55,956 nt of DNA from contig JBNGIO010006293.1 in the NCBI GenBank assembly GCA_049999805.1, forward strand, positions 351,102 through 407,057, read 5' to 3'. Made by a program: the position numbers and the translations under genes. The notes under the pieces were generated by a model, which saw nothing but the letters and a program-made list of their open reading frames with translations, ran no database searches and was not told the DNA's origin. Positions 1 to 12,256 of this stretch are shown here, one piece after another (within the stretch, counting starts at the first letter, position 1; the number at the start of each line of letters is the position of its first letter). Origin of the DNA: Folioceros fuciformis. Its lineage: Eukaryota.

Positions 1-76
1 ATCTTTAGGTCCCTTCCTTCTAAGACCTCCATCTTTAGGTCCCTTCCTTCTAAGACCTCCATCTTTAGGTCCCTTC
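1..76. repeat. 30-bp tandem repeat (about 2.5 copies, runs off window start)
   Basis: ATCTTTAGGTCCCTTCCTTCTAAGACCTCC at 1 and 31, partial third copy at 61. Confidence 0.9.
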
Positions 77-342
77 CCCACTCTACTGGCCATGTCCCGG
101 CAAAGTTACCCACCTAGTGCCCTTGAATGAGCACCTCGTAAGCTTGGCACTTGAAGTGACAACCCACCATTCCTGCCGACATAACCATCGCTGGGCTTCC
201 CACCCACTAGCAGCACGTCTGTGCTAGACCTTTTGCCTACAAGCGACCTGTTAGCGGAGGGAAAGCTGAATGCCACTTATGTCATATATCTGGATCGGGT
301 GTTATCCCTCAGTTTTGTCTGCACGCAGTCTCCTGGCATCTC

Positions 343-442
343 NNNNNNNNNNNNNNNNNNNNNNNNNNNNNNNNNNNNNNNNNNNNNNNNNNNNNNNNNN
401 NNNNNNNNNNNNNNNNNNNNNNNNNNNNNNNNNNNNNNNNNN
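343..442. other. Assembly gap (100 N)
   Basis: Run of exactly 100 N. Confidence 0.99.
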
Positions 443-999
443 GCCCCCCCGACCCTTGTCCAGGTCACCGTACCCTCCTTGCTCAACGCTAGGCTCGAGC
501 CGGGACCCGACTTGCTATGCAATTATTGGTGCATTTCTTGGATGTTCCAATGACATCTCCGAGCCTTTGCAAACCACCGCTAAAAAGGCTCAGTATTGAC
601 GTCAGAACGCATACGCATGCCTGCAGGGACAGCCTCCCCGTCCAATCATGGGCCCCCAAAAACCAACTTTACCAATACCATTACTGCACGGAACCACCAT
701 CATGGAGTACCCCTGTTCCTGCCCGTGTCCCCCATTGGCCCAATCCTGCAGGTTGGGGTTTCTCCCACCAACCCAACCAACCGGCTCCCTCTATCCCTCA
801 GCACATGTGATCGCCTGAGCAAAGGGCTGGCCACAACCACCCCACTCAAGGGAAATACGCACCGACATCCCAAGCCCTGTGGCTCCTCTCGCTATCTAAT
901 TCCACAGGCAAGGCAACATGAAAATCTCTAGCCCCAGCCCCCTCGAGGCAGCTGCCTGCAACCTACCTATCTCTATCAACATGAGAGTTGTCTTTTGCA

Positions 1000-3780
1000 A
1001 TGTGAAGGCGCAAGGGCAACATGGCCGCGTCATGCCAGTCGCCCTCCTCCTTCTGCTCCGCTACCCGCCCCTTGTCAAGCTTCTGGCTAGGCCACTGACT
1101 AGATGGATGGCTAGATCCGACTCACCAGTTGATCAGCCACCAATCTGCCCGCAGTTGACCATGCTGTCTGCGCTGCTAACGCTGGGTCACCTGCCGGATG
1201 GACCCTGCTTCAATTCGCCTGCCCGCTTAGATCCATTGCCAGGCCCCGTCCATTCGGCTTGCCTCCCTGCTCGCATGCTCAGTCTGTATTGGCGATCCGG
1301 CCTCCACCCACGCACACCTCGCTTGATCCACTCCACCTGCTGGACCCGCTCTGCCTGGGTCCGCTCCAGCCTCATTCGCCGCCGGCCTGGTGGCATCGCC
1401 TACCTGCAGCCCGATTGTTTCGGCCATGATCTAGTCAATCGGCCTGGCTACCTGGACCCGCAGGCCCGCCTGCTTGCTTCAGCCCCTGCCGCTGACCAGC
1501 GGTCTGCCAGGATCCGCCTGTACCCCGCCTGGTCGATCTAGCCAGGTAGCTTGCCTGTCAGATCAACCAGCCTGCATGCTCTCAGCCTTGCCGCGATCCA
1601 CCCCTAGGCTACCTGGGATCCGTGTGCCAGCTGTCGGGCTCTACGTCGCTGCTTGCCAAGCTCTCAGCAGCTAGGCGGGAGGCAGGATGGCCAGGCCAGT
1701 GGCCAGCTTGCCAACCAGCCAGGCCGCCCGTAAGCTAGCCTGCTCTGCCCGGCCTTGACCAGCCTACCTGCCTCCACCGGATCCAACCACCTGCAGCCCG
1801 CCGCCTGTCTGACTGGCAGCCGCGATCGCCAGCTTGCCCTGTAGCCGTTATCCGATTCGCCTGCCCACTAGCTTGTTGTGATCCAGCCAGCCTGCTGTCT
1901 GGGTTCGATTCGCTTGCACCAGCCTGGATGCGCGACCTCCTGCTTGCCTGGATCCGGCCGTCCCCCACCTTGATCCACCAACCCCCGATCTAGCCGTCTA
2001 TCCACCGTCGCCTCCCTAGATCGAGTACACTTGCTGCCTGGGTTCTAGCAGCCTCGCCTGGCCATGCTCCAGCCAGCGCTTCCTCAGCCTGTCTGGTTGT
2101 CTGCGTGCCTGACTCGTTGCAAGATTCCAGCAAGTTAGCCTGCCTTCGACCAACACCCACCTTAGCCAACCACTGGATTCACCTCCCGCTGCTAGCTTAG
2201 GTCCTGTCCGCCTCCAGCCCGCCTAGTCCGCTCCAGCACCATCCACAACCAGCCGATGGCGGCGCTTACCTGCGGCCTAGATCATGCCGAGGCCCGCCTG
2301 GCCTGGATTTCCTTCCTGACCAAGTTCCCCCGGCCAACCAGCCACTTGCCAGGTCGCCTGCGAGGCCTGGCTGCTCCTCAGCAGCTGGCCACTGCCGGCT
2401 CGACCACCTGCCATACCTGTCTCGTCCAGGCACGCAGCTTGCTGGCCCGCCTACCTTGCTTTAGAATCGGCCATCTAGCCAGCCCCACCGCCTAGTTCAG
2501 ATCTGCCTCTGCCGATTGGTCCAGCTGCTAGCGGTCCTGGATCGCCTGACTCCAGCTGCCTGCCATCCCATCAGACCAGCCCAAATCTAACTTCGCCGTT
2601 TTGCCACCCCACATGAACCCTGCCAATCCGGTCAGGCGCCCTGCTACTACTGGTTGCTGGCTAGGTTCCTCAGCAGCCCGCCAGCCTCCAACCGGCCCTC
2701 GGCCTCCTCCTGGCTGCACAGCCCGATCAGCTTGGATCCACCTCAGCCAGCCGGCCTGCTTCCACCCCCCTGGCTGGTCTTCTGCTGGTTGGATTCAACC
2801 GGAACCCCAGCCCGAACCCGACCCCGTGCTTAGCCTGGCCTGAACCCCGACTCACCGCCATCCGACTTCCTTCGGTCACGACCAGCCCAGCGTGCCCCGC
2901 TTCAGCCAGGTTGCTGACGGGCCAGGGTCCAGCCAGTCGGCCTGGCTACCCGATTCTACCCCGACCAGCCACAAGCAGCTAGGCCGCTGCTGACCTCCGG
3001 TTCTGGCCCGCTAGCCCATTGAATCCTCCAGCCACCAGCCCCGCCAGCCACTGCCGGCTGTCTAACTGCATGGCCACTTGTCATCAGCCGACACGCTGGC
3101 TGCCTGATGCCTGCCTGCAGCCCGGTCGACCCCCTGTGCCACTTTGGTCATGGGGCAGCCAGCCTGCTAGCTAGCCACAGTCCAGCCAGCTGGCCAGACT
3201 GCTAGACCCCCGTGGCTCGCCTGGTCTGGTGCCGGGTCGCTTGCCTGGCCTCCAGCCGACCCACCTCTAGCTTGCCATCCATCCAGATCCGTCCCAGCTA
3301 GCCACCAGGCGGCTGCCTAACTGCTTGCTAACAGGCCGAGTCTGTTTGCCACCGTTCCACCAACCAGCCCGGCTAGCTCGACCAGCCAGCGAGGATCAAC
3401 TGTAGCCGGCCCGACCCAATCTCGGCTGCTAGCAGGCCAAGCGAGTGCCTGGCTGAGACAGCCAGCGAGGTTGCTATGCCCAGCCCCGACCAGTCACCCT
3501 CTTTGCGATCTTGGTCGGCCAACAATGGCTGTCTGGGCCCCAGTGCCCTGCCGACTTGGGTCCAGCACCTCTATCCTCGTCTCCCGCTTCCACCAGCATG
3601 AGCTAGAGAGAGCCCCGACTCTTCCACCAGCATCTCCCAGAGGAAACCCCGGCTCACCTCCCATGACCCGTTCTAGGGTTCCTGTCCCTCTGTTACTGAG
3701 GAACTGGAGCCCGTGTCTATCTACCATGTCTATCTACCACACACCCACCTACCCTATCGACTCACCATAAATCTAGCTTT
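1000..3780. repeat. C-rich degenerate low-complexity repeat tract, probably transposon-derived
   Basis: Dense CCAGCC/CTAGCC/GCCTG/GATCC words, strong C-over-G strand skew, no coherent ORF. Confidence 0.6.
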
Positions 3781-5094
3781 ATTCTAACCTAACCTCCCAA
3801 CCTTTCCTCTACAGCACTCACTCACAGATCCAAAAAAAAGAAAACCTATCATTTCCCATGGGTCTGTTCAGCATGTGGAGTCCACAATAATAAACAAGAG
3901 GAGGCTTTGTTTCTTCTTCCTCTAGGTGAAGGGAAGGGAGTTCAATATGGTTGTTACTAGCTCCTTCTTGCTCCTAAGAGCTTGTCTCACTTTATGTTTT
4001 GGGCAACTTGCTAGACCTCTTCTAGCTCAACATCTAGTTGCACAGCTTATGGGGTCTATAGGACTAAAATAAGCTCTAGTATCACTATGACCCTTTCTTT
4101 CCTTTTACCTTGGGTCTCTAATCGTGTAGCTATCTCACTAGAGGAGCTTCCAATGGAGTAAGTTACTCGAGCCATCAATAGGTCAAATGTTGCCAAATAG
4201 CTTGCCAAATGTTTTATCAAAACTTGCCCTATTGGCCTCTTTGGTGAGAATGTTGTTGGTTAGGAACAACTGCCTTTTCCTTGTTGGCTGGCTTTTTCTC
4301 CCTCCTTGGCTTTGTAGCCTTACACGAGGATAGGCTTTCTCCGCCTAAGGTTGCTTTTGAGTTTCCTCTTCACTGTGTGCACGCTTATCTCGAGAGCTTT
4401 CTCCTTCTCTTCATTCTTCAAGTAGCTGAAGAAGCCCTAGATATGGAAGTTGTCCAAGGCCACTCTTGGGTTGCTTCTTTGCCACCCTTCATGCCTATAT
4501 TAAGTGCTTTCTCCTTCCCTACATCCTTCAAGTAGATAAAGAAGCCATAGGTATGGAAAAAGCCTCTTCCATATCTTATCCTGTTCCTAGGAACAAGGTT
4601 AAGATGAATGAGGGATGGTTCTCCTCTTGGAAGCATTTTGGGTTCTTCTATTGGAAGTCTTTTGTCTCCTGTTTCATCCAATGAGCCACAATCCACACGC
4701 AATTTATCCTCTTGGGTAGTTGCACCGTCTATAAGGAGGGGTTAATCCTCAAGTTTTTATAGCCCATCTCCTCTTCGGTGCATGTGAGAAGATCCCTCAC
4801 ATTTTGTCCTAATGTATCGTTCGTCCTAAACCTTGCAACTATACTTGAACCATCCTAAGCCTTGCGACTATACTTGAACGTGTTTGTTCAATCCATTCAA
4901 TAGTCAATGTTTAATAAGGATAAAGAATCATCGTGGAACAAAGAGTTTAAAAACACAAAGAAAGTAAATAAATTATACACATACATATGTATGAACTAGA
5001 GAGATTGAAAGTAAATTGTAGATCAAGCGAATACAACAACATCATTATTATGTATAACTAATTATAGTACTACTTGCAACCATGTCTTCTAATT

Positions 5095-5706
5095 CTAGTA
5101 CGAATTGTGTCTTCTTATTTCTTCGCGGACAACACGACGTACACGCATGTCTTCAAATTCGTACACAAACCATTGCAACTCAATGTACCAAAATTCCCTG
5201 TCTTCTTCGTCAAGGTACTCTTGAATAACATTTATTCCATGTTGTTCTATCATGTGCCTAATCCTTTCATAAATGTGAACATTCATGTTTTGTCTTCTCC
5301 TAAGAATATCTTGCACAATTTGATTGTCATCTTGGGACAACAAACTAATTTGTACATCACTTCGTTGATCTTGAAATGCCATTCCATCCTCCGTGTTGCT
5401 TGGACCAATATTTGGTATGATTCGGTCATCATTTTGGGGTACGACACCAATTTGTACTTCGCTTTCTTCGTGAGATGTCGATCCGTCTAGTGTGTTGTAT
5501 GCTATTTCACGCCTACATAGTGGACATGTTGGTTGGTTACCATGATCCAACCATGGCCTTAAACATCTCGTATGATATGTATGACTGCAAGCGTTGAGTG
5601 TTATCATATCTTGGCCATGCTCGAGAGGATTAAAACATATAGCACAAGTTTCCTCATTTCGAAGAACAATATATGGAGATACATCATAAAACATGCATAT
5701 GTCCAT
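5095..5706 (-). CDS. Intronless RING-H2 zinc-finger protein (putative E3 ubiquitin ligase), 203 aa
   Basis: CAIC-x15-CSHTYHTRC-x12-CPLC is a complete C3H2C3 RING with the conserved W (LRPWL); ATG start; open frame in AT-rich DNA. Confidence 0.75.
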   Translation of the reverse strand: MDICMFYDVSPYIVLRNEETCAICFNPLEHGQDMITLNACSHTYHTRCLRPWLDHGNQPTCPLCRREIAYNTLDGSTSHEESEVQIGVVPQNDDRIIPNIGPSNTEDGMAFQDQRSDVQISLLSQDDNQIVQDILRRRQNMNVHIYERIRHMIEQHGINVIQEYLDEEDREFWYIELQWFVYEFEDMRVRRVVREEIRRHNSY

Positions 5707-6329
5707 TCTTCAAGATGAAAAAAGCTTGCATTGAATAATCCTAATGCCTTGGGGCCAAAAGATTCTTTATGGCTGGGAGCATAAAGAATACTAATGGCTT
5801 ACTGCATACAAGCATATATGTATAAGATGTATGCTTACATGTTTAGATCTCTATTTATATGGTGAGATCTTTAGTATAATGATATGCTTGGATCAATACC
5901 AAAATAGAAGAACTATTACATACTAAATTAATTTAAGTACAAAAATAAACCATTCTAAACTAAGATATTATAATATGATATAAATTTTAGTAGATATTAA
6001 ACTACTTAAATAAACTATTATTAATAAATATATCATATGTGGGTGGACCATTATATAAGTTGTTAAGTACCCAATTCATATATAGATGAAGTTGAAGCGA
6101 GAAACTTGCAGCTCTCTCTGATACGCAGCCAGTGCCGCTCACACAGTTGACGTCGGTTTCACGGATGGGAGTCCACATAATTCTTTACCAGATGCAGCCC
6201 TGCATTGGGAGTCCACAAAATTCTTTGCCAGATCCAGAAGCTTGCTGATTTTTGGGATGTTTCCTCGCCGACAACAAAAATGTGCATCAACCTGGTCAAG
6301 TCTGTCCACCAGCTCAGTCCTCATTACTG

Positions 6330-6490
6330 CCATGCCCCTCTCCTGGCGTGCATCTCCTAGGCCTGCTCTTACTCTCCTAGCGTGCATCTCCTGGGCCTGC
6401 TCCCACATCCTCGCACCGGTGTATATGTTTGACATCAACGAGTATGCTGCAGCATCTTGGCTGTCTAACTTCATTGCTTCAGTGCAGGCA
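6330..6490 (-). pseudogene. PPR E-domain fragment
   Basis: KLDSQDAAAYSLMSNIYTGARMWEQAQEMHARR closely matches the E2 region of the 12257-14556 gene; no upstream repeats in frame. Confidence 0.75.
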
Positions 6491-6629
6491 TGATATCAGA
6501 CGCCCACTTCCTGCAGGCACCATGGGGCCGCCGGCACGCTGGTGCCCTATGGCATGGTTGAGGGCGACGGGGTCTTACGTACGTCTCCGGGAGGAAAAAT
6601 GCGTCACAGAATTATGCAACGATGCCTTT

Positions 6630-6790
6630 TGCTTGAGTAGCTTCATACAGGCTTCTTCGTGAGTAGCTTCCTACAGCATCCATAAAGCCTTCTTCTTGAG
6701 TAGTTTCATACAGCATTCATTCAGCCTTCTTCTTGACTAGCTTCATATAGCATTCATACAGCCTTCTTCTTGACTCGCTTCATACAGCCG
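6630..6790. repeat. 37-bp tandem repeat (about 4 copies)
   Basis: TTGAGTAGCTTCATACAGCATTCATACAGCCTTCTTC-like unit starting at 6696, 6733 and 6770, with more diverged copies upstream. Confidence 0.85.
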
Positions 6791-6869
6791 AAGGGTTCCT
6801 GGCGTCCTGGGAATACCCAGCAATTCCGGTCTGGGCATCTTCTAGGGAGCAAGACTTCGCAGACGTGCC

Positions 6870-7630
6870 TGGCTAGAACCACATCAGTGGCAAATCTTGT
6901 TCAGCAATTTGCACATCAAGCTGCCTTCCGTGTGCGAAGCTGGAGTACCCACACTTGCACATGCCCATACAAGGCACATAAATGTCACAGAATCAGATAC
7001 TGCGATGCCTTCTCGATGCATAGAACAGTGAAGACCAAGGGCCTCCTAACCCGAACCATGCAGGGTAATCTTGCTATTGGCACACGTCCTCACCACATTC
7101 TCCTGACCAACTCCATCAAATACATCCCAAGCATTCCTTTAGGCTGCCGAACTTTGCATACGTGTTTATCAGAGTGCTGGCCAGACACATGCCGGCCTGG
7201 AGGCCCCGTTATCTACTCTGCGAATGAAGCTGCTTCCCCTTGCCCAAAGCCGGGTTGGCCGCACTTGCACATGCCTGCAGAAGGCGCAGAAATGTCCCAG
7301 AATCAAGTAACACATGCCTTCATGTCGCATAACGATGTGAAGATCAAGGGCATCATGACCCAACGAGGTTCTCACGGCATTACAGTGACAACATTTGTGT
7401 GTCCAAGTCCATCAAACACGAACCGAGCCTATCTATTCTGTCACAGTTTGTGTACATATTCACCAAACTGCTGGCTACGAACACACCAGCTCCAAGTCCT
7501 CGTTGCCTAATCTTCTGATTTAGCTGCGCGCCGTTCTCAAGCCTAATTTTCTGATGTCGTCCAAGTCCATCAAACACCCACCCTCCAATCTGCGACACTT
7601 CACATACACTTCCACCAGAGAATTACCGCC
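6870..7630 (-). pseudogene. Heavily frameshifted PLS-PPR repeat fragments
   Basis: Fragments such as QIRQRGLGAGVFVASSLVNMYTNC and GNSLVEVYVKCRRLEG in shifting frames. Confidence 0.75.
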
Positions 7631-8749
7631 CAACAAAACAGCTGCGACTGATTCTGCGACGTTAGCAAAAGAGTACTTGAACAGGCTCCAGAAGGAAGAC
7701 ACCAGAATTTCAACCATTCAGGCTCAACAACGAGGCCCAAATGGCCTCGTCCGTCTAACTCACCACCACCTGCAGCACCTGTGGTCAGGGTAGTTTGCAG
7801 AGCTAAGCAGTGAGGGCTGAACAACAACTCTATGCTCCCTCTCGCTACTTCAAATACGAAGGCCTCTCCAAAACTCGAACAGGAAAACTTGGGATGGATG
7901 GCTTCTGCAACAATGAAGGAAGAAGACTTGACGCACGGCTCAGGTGACAGTGTCACTCTGTCACAAAACGTGATCCTCTCCATCACAAAAGAACTGTATG
8001 GCCCCATAAATATACCTACCTACTGCTCCTTTGATCTTCCACCACACGAGTGGTAACAGACCCAAGTCTTGCATTGAGGAGGGTACGAGGCCTGATCTTC
8101 CAGTGATCTCCTCAGGCATCGAACCTCCTTCAGTGGACGATGAAAGACCAGGTAAGAACATAACAAAACCAAAAGTACAAGGCTCCTGACATACAGTCCG
8201 ACGCTGTCAGCTCAGCATCCTTGGCGAGTCTCAGAGAAGCCACAATCCTACACACAAGTGCACATGTATATGGAGGAGCATAAAATTGAACCGTCACTGC
8301 TTGACCTGAACAAAAAGAAGATGAAGGTGAGGGCGTCGCCGCAGCACAAATTCACCTCGTAGAAGGTGGACTTCTCCCACCTTCTTTCCGCGTATACACT
8401 GGATCAAGTAGAAGTTTGCAACCGGAGAGCTTCTTTCCTTCAACCCAGATGGCTACACATAGAATCAAGTTCAATTTAGCAACCTTGAGAAGATTTCTTG
8501 TAGGGTAGTTCATTATGATTTTCGGTGTGAGAGTCGTTTTTGTTTTTGTAGGTAGTTCAGTTTGGGCTCTAGTTCATTTTGGGCTCATCTCCCGGCTGTC
8601 TGCTCGAGGAAATGTCAGAACCAGTTTCGCTGACAAGAAAGTGATGCCTGCTTAGGCCTTGCGTACCATTAGAGCTTTGTTTTCTCATACTTCGTTTCAC
8701 ATTGTGTCTGGTTTAATATACCAAGTTGTGGGTGGCACTACACTCTCCC

Positions 8750-11570
8750 CTGCTTCAGCCTCGCTTGACTATGGGGATGGTTGTCATCCCCAATCTTAAA
8801 ACTGTGCACGATTCCATCCTTGTCTGTCTACCAGCTCTGACCGGGCTGCTTCCATGCCATCATTTTCTCTCTCCTTTCCTTCATCTTTTGAGCGCAGTCC
8901 CACAGTTGTGCGCCAGTGTATATGTTTGACATCAAAACGTACGCTGCAGCGTCTTTCTTGTCTAGCTTGAGTGCTTCGTTGAAAGCATCCTGTCCCACTT
9001 CAACGTTGCCCCACTTCAACGCTGCCCCACTTTTGGCAAGCAGCTAACAAAGTGTGCCAAACTGCAGAACTAGCCTGTACGGGCATTGTCTTTGCTACAC
9101 CTAGTGCCTCATCCAGCTGTCCTCCACGGCCCAGGAGATCCACCATGCACGTGTAGTGGTTCTCTAAAGGAGTAATCCCGTAGTGCCTGCTCATGGCCTG
9201 GAAGTACTCCCACCCCTTGTTCACTAGCCCTGCATGACTGCACACTGTGTGTACACTGAGGAACGTGATGCTGTTTGCCCGCACTGTGTCGTCTTTCATT
9301 TTCTGGAACAAGTCGAAGACCACTTCTCTTTCCCCTTGTCAAGCATAGATGCAATCAGTGCATTCCTTACCACAATCTCTTTCCGGCACCGAATCAAACA
9401 CCTTCCGTGCATCAACCATGCTCCCAGACTTTCCGTACATGTTAATCCAACTGACAGCTATAAACACATTAGCTTCAAGCTCTTGCTCTATGATTTGAGC
9501 GTGTAGCTGCCTTCCAAGACACAAAGCTGCCACGTTTGCACACGCCTGTAGGAGGCAAACAAATGTCACAGAGTCAAGTACAGCCATGCCTCCGTCTTGC
9601 ATAGCATTGTATAGATGATGGGCTTCCTGACCTACACCCAGCTGCGAGTACCCTGCTATCATGGAACTCCATGTCACGACATCGTTTTGGTCCAATCGAT
9701 CAAACACTATCCGAGCGTCCTTTAAGCTGCCACACCTTGCATACATATTCACCAGACTGCTGGCTACAAAGACATCAGCTTCGCGGTCCAGTTCTCGAAT
9801 CTGCAGATGAAGCTTCCCCTTCTCCAAAGCTAAGGTGCCCAGACTTGCACATGCCTGCAGGAGGCACACAAACGTCACACACTTGGGTGCAGCGATGCCT
9901 TCCTTCTGCATAGCGCTGTAAAGAGAGAGCGCTTCCTGCCTCATGCCCCGCTGGGGATATCCTGCTATCATGGCGCTGGGGATATCCTGCTATCATGGCA
10001 GTCCATGTTACGACATTCTTTTGACCAAGTCCGTCAAACACGCTTTCAGCGTCTTCCAAGCTGCCACACTTTACATACATGTTCACCAGACTATTTGCTA
10101 CAACAGCATCAGCATCAAGTCCTCTTCCTGTAACCTCAGCATGCAGCTCTTTCCCAGTCTCCCACGCTTGGGTGCCAACACTGGCACAAGCCTGCAGGAG
10201 GCACACGAAAGTCACGGAATCAGGTACTGCAATGCCACATTCTTCCACAGCACTGTAGAGACCAAGGGCTTCCTGTACCATACCCTGCTGGGAATACCCT
10301 GCGATCAAAGCATTCCACGTCACCACATCCTTTTGAGCAAGTCCGTCAAATACTCTCTGAGCGTCCTCCAAGCTCCCACACTTTGCATACATGTTCACCA
10401 AACTGCTTGCTACATACACATCAGATCAATGTCCTTGCTGCATAATCTGCACATGAAGCTGCCGCCCCTTCTCCAATGCCGCAACACCCACACTTGCGCA
10501 TGCCTGCAAGAGGCACGCATGTGTCACTGAATCAGCTACAGCCACGCCTTCTTCTAGCATAGTACTGAAGAGATTCAGGTCCTCCAGCCCCATCCCCTGC
10601 TGGGAATACCCTGTTATCATGACATTCCACGTCACAACATTCTTCTCAGCGAGCCCATCAAACACTCTCTGAGCGTACTCCAAACTCCCGCATTTTGCAT
10701 ACATGTCTACCAAGCAGGTACAGACGAACAAATCAGGCTGCACTCCACTAGCCAACACATCAGCATGCACCTGCTGCCCGGACTTAAAGTTCAATTCCAT
10801 TGCACAAGCCTGAAGTGCTGCCACAAACACATGGCCATCCGGCCTCGCACTGGACCTTCGCATCCGATGATACAGTTCCACCGCCTACTTATCTTTCCCG
10901 CATTTAACGTGGGCAGAAATTATCCCGGACCACGTGAAAGCATCCGGTTCCATAACAGCTTCAAACACGTCAATCGCGTCTTGCAGCCTACCATGCCAAG
11001 CATACATCCGCTGCATGTGGAAGGCCAGCGACGGGTCTGACTGGTACCCCTTCCTCACCATCAAAGCATGGACTCGTCTTCCCAGAGCAAGATCGTTCTT
11101 GGCTAGACATTGCTTCAGCACAGCGTAAACGAGAGATTTCGACACAGAACGCTCTGTCTGGACCAGACATTCCAGATAGATACTCAACAGCATCAATGAG
11201 ACGGCCCTCCTGACCAAGCTTCCTCAGAGCATTGGCCTGTCCTCCCCTATCGTAACATGCATGCCTGCGAGGGTCAGAACCATCCCGTAAGTCCCTGCGA
11301 GAGGCACAGCCACTGATCCCCACAGCCAGAGCATCCAGCTGCACATCCGAACCTGCCTTGTGATTCTTGCTCAACAACGGAATCCCTTGAAATTGGCTGT
11401 GCCCATGCGACCACAAGCCTCGCTGCCAGATCCGCCTCCACCCAGGCATCCTCTTGTACGCTCTGTCTGTCTTGCAAATCTGCTCTGAGTAGGGGACTCG
11501 GACATGGACACAGTAATTTGCTCAGCTAGCCCACTGTAGTCGTCCATGCTCTGGTGGTAATATTGAGGCA
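8750..11570 (-). pseudogene. PLS-E(WW-type) PPR RNA-editing factor pseudogene
   Basis: Continuous PLS repeats to WKQPGQSW*TDKDG. In-frame stops at 10885-10887 (TAG), 10426-10428 (TGA) and 8828-8830 (TAG). Frameshifting tandem duplications at 9950-9999 (25 nt) and 8994-9025 (16 nt). Confidence 0.85.
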
Positions 11571-11696
11571 TCGGACAGTTCCTTGTGCTGTCACATGACG
11601 CGAATGTATGCTGCTCATGCAGGTTGGGTGAAAAGAGACGTGCTTACTATGGCTGACAAACAAGCTTCCTTCAGGTAGTGTTGCCTGTCCAGGCTA

Positions 11697-12040
11697 ATGC
11701 TTCAGTTGCGACATAGCTTGGGTGCTTGTCGAAAGTGCGGCAACCTGGAGGTGGGATGGCAAGCGTTCGATGAAGCAGTGAAACTGGACAAGAAAGCTGC
11801 TGCAGCACATGCGTTGATGTCGAGCATATGCATCGCTGCCCCGATTGTGGGATCCTGCACAAGAGGTGCAGGCGAAGAGCTCAGGAGAATAGGTCTCTGA
11901 GCCTGGAAGCAGCCTGGGCCGGTCACCGGATGGATGCATTGCATACATAGACTGGAGGTGTATTTGTCATGTTGAACGACGTGTTTTATACAAAAACGAA
12001 GGCAGGGATGATTGCCACATCTGAGGGCACAAGGTCTGAC
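11697..12040 (+). pseudogene. Inverted PPR E1/E2/PG-box fragment
   Basis: HSLGACRKCGNLEVGWQAFDEAVKLDKKAAAAHALMSSI ... AWKQPG on the strand opposite its neighbours, with stop and frameshifts. Confidence 0.8.
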
Positions 12041-12256
12041 CATGGAGACAAGGTCCTACACAAGACTTGCATCTGCGACAGCCAGCTTCTCACTCTGTGC
12101 CCACATATGTAATGAGAAGACGGCGATCTCATGTTTCTAATTGAGACAGTTTTGAGGTTCCTGGTCCGAAACCTAAGCCTTGAGCTTCAGAGCAAGAATT
12201 CTACCCATTCCTGTGAACGAACAGCTTGTGGATCGAGGCATGGGAGCCCAGCGATT

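Noticed and set aside
3900-4800. Possible retrotransposon coding remnant (also 31550-32280 and 54500-54900)
   Set aside because: No recognisable gag, RT, integrase or transposase motif could be read
10426-10887. In-frame TAG and TGA stops in the PPR copy might be repaired by U-to-C editing
   Set aside because: That editing is organellar. This copy is nuclear and also has frameshifts and a TGG>TAG change that U-to-C cannot fix
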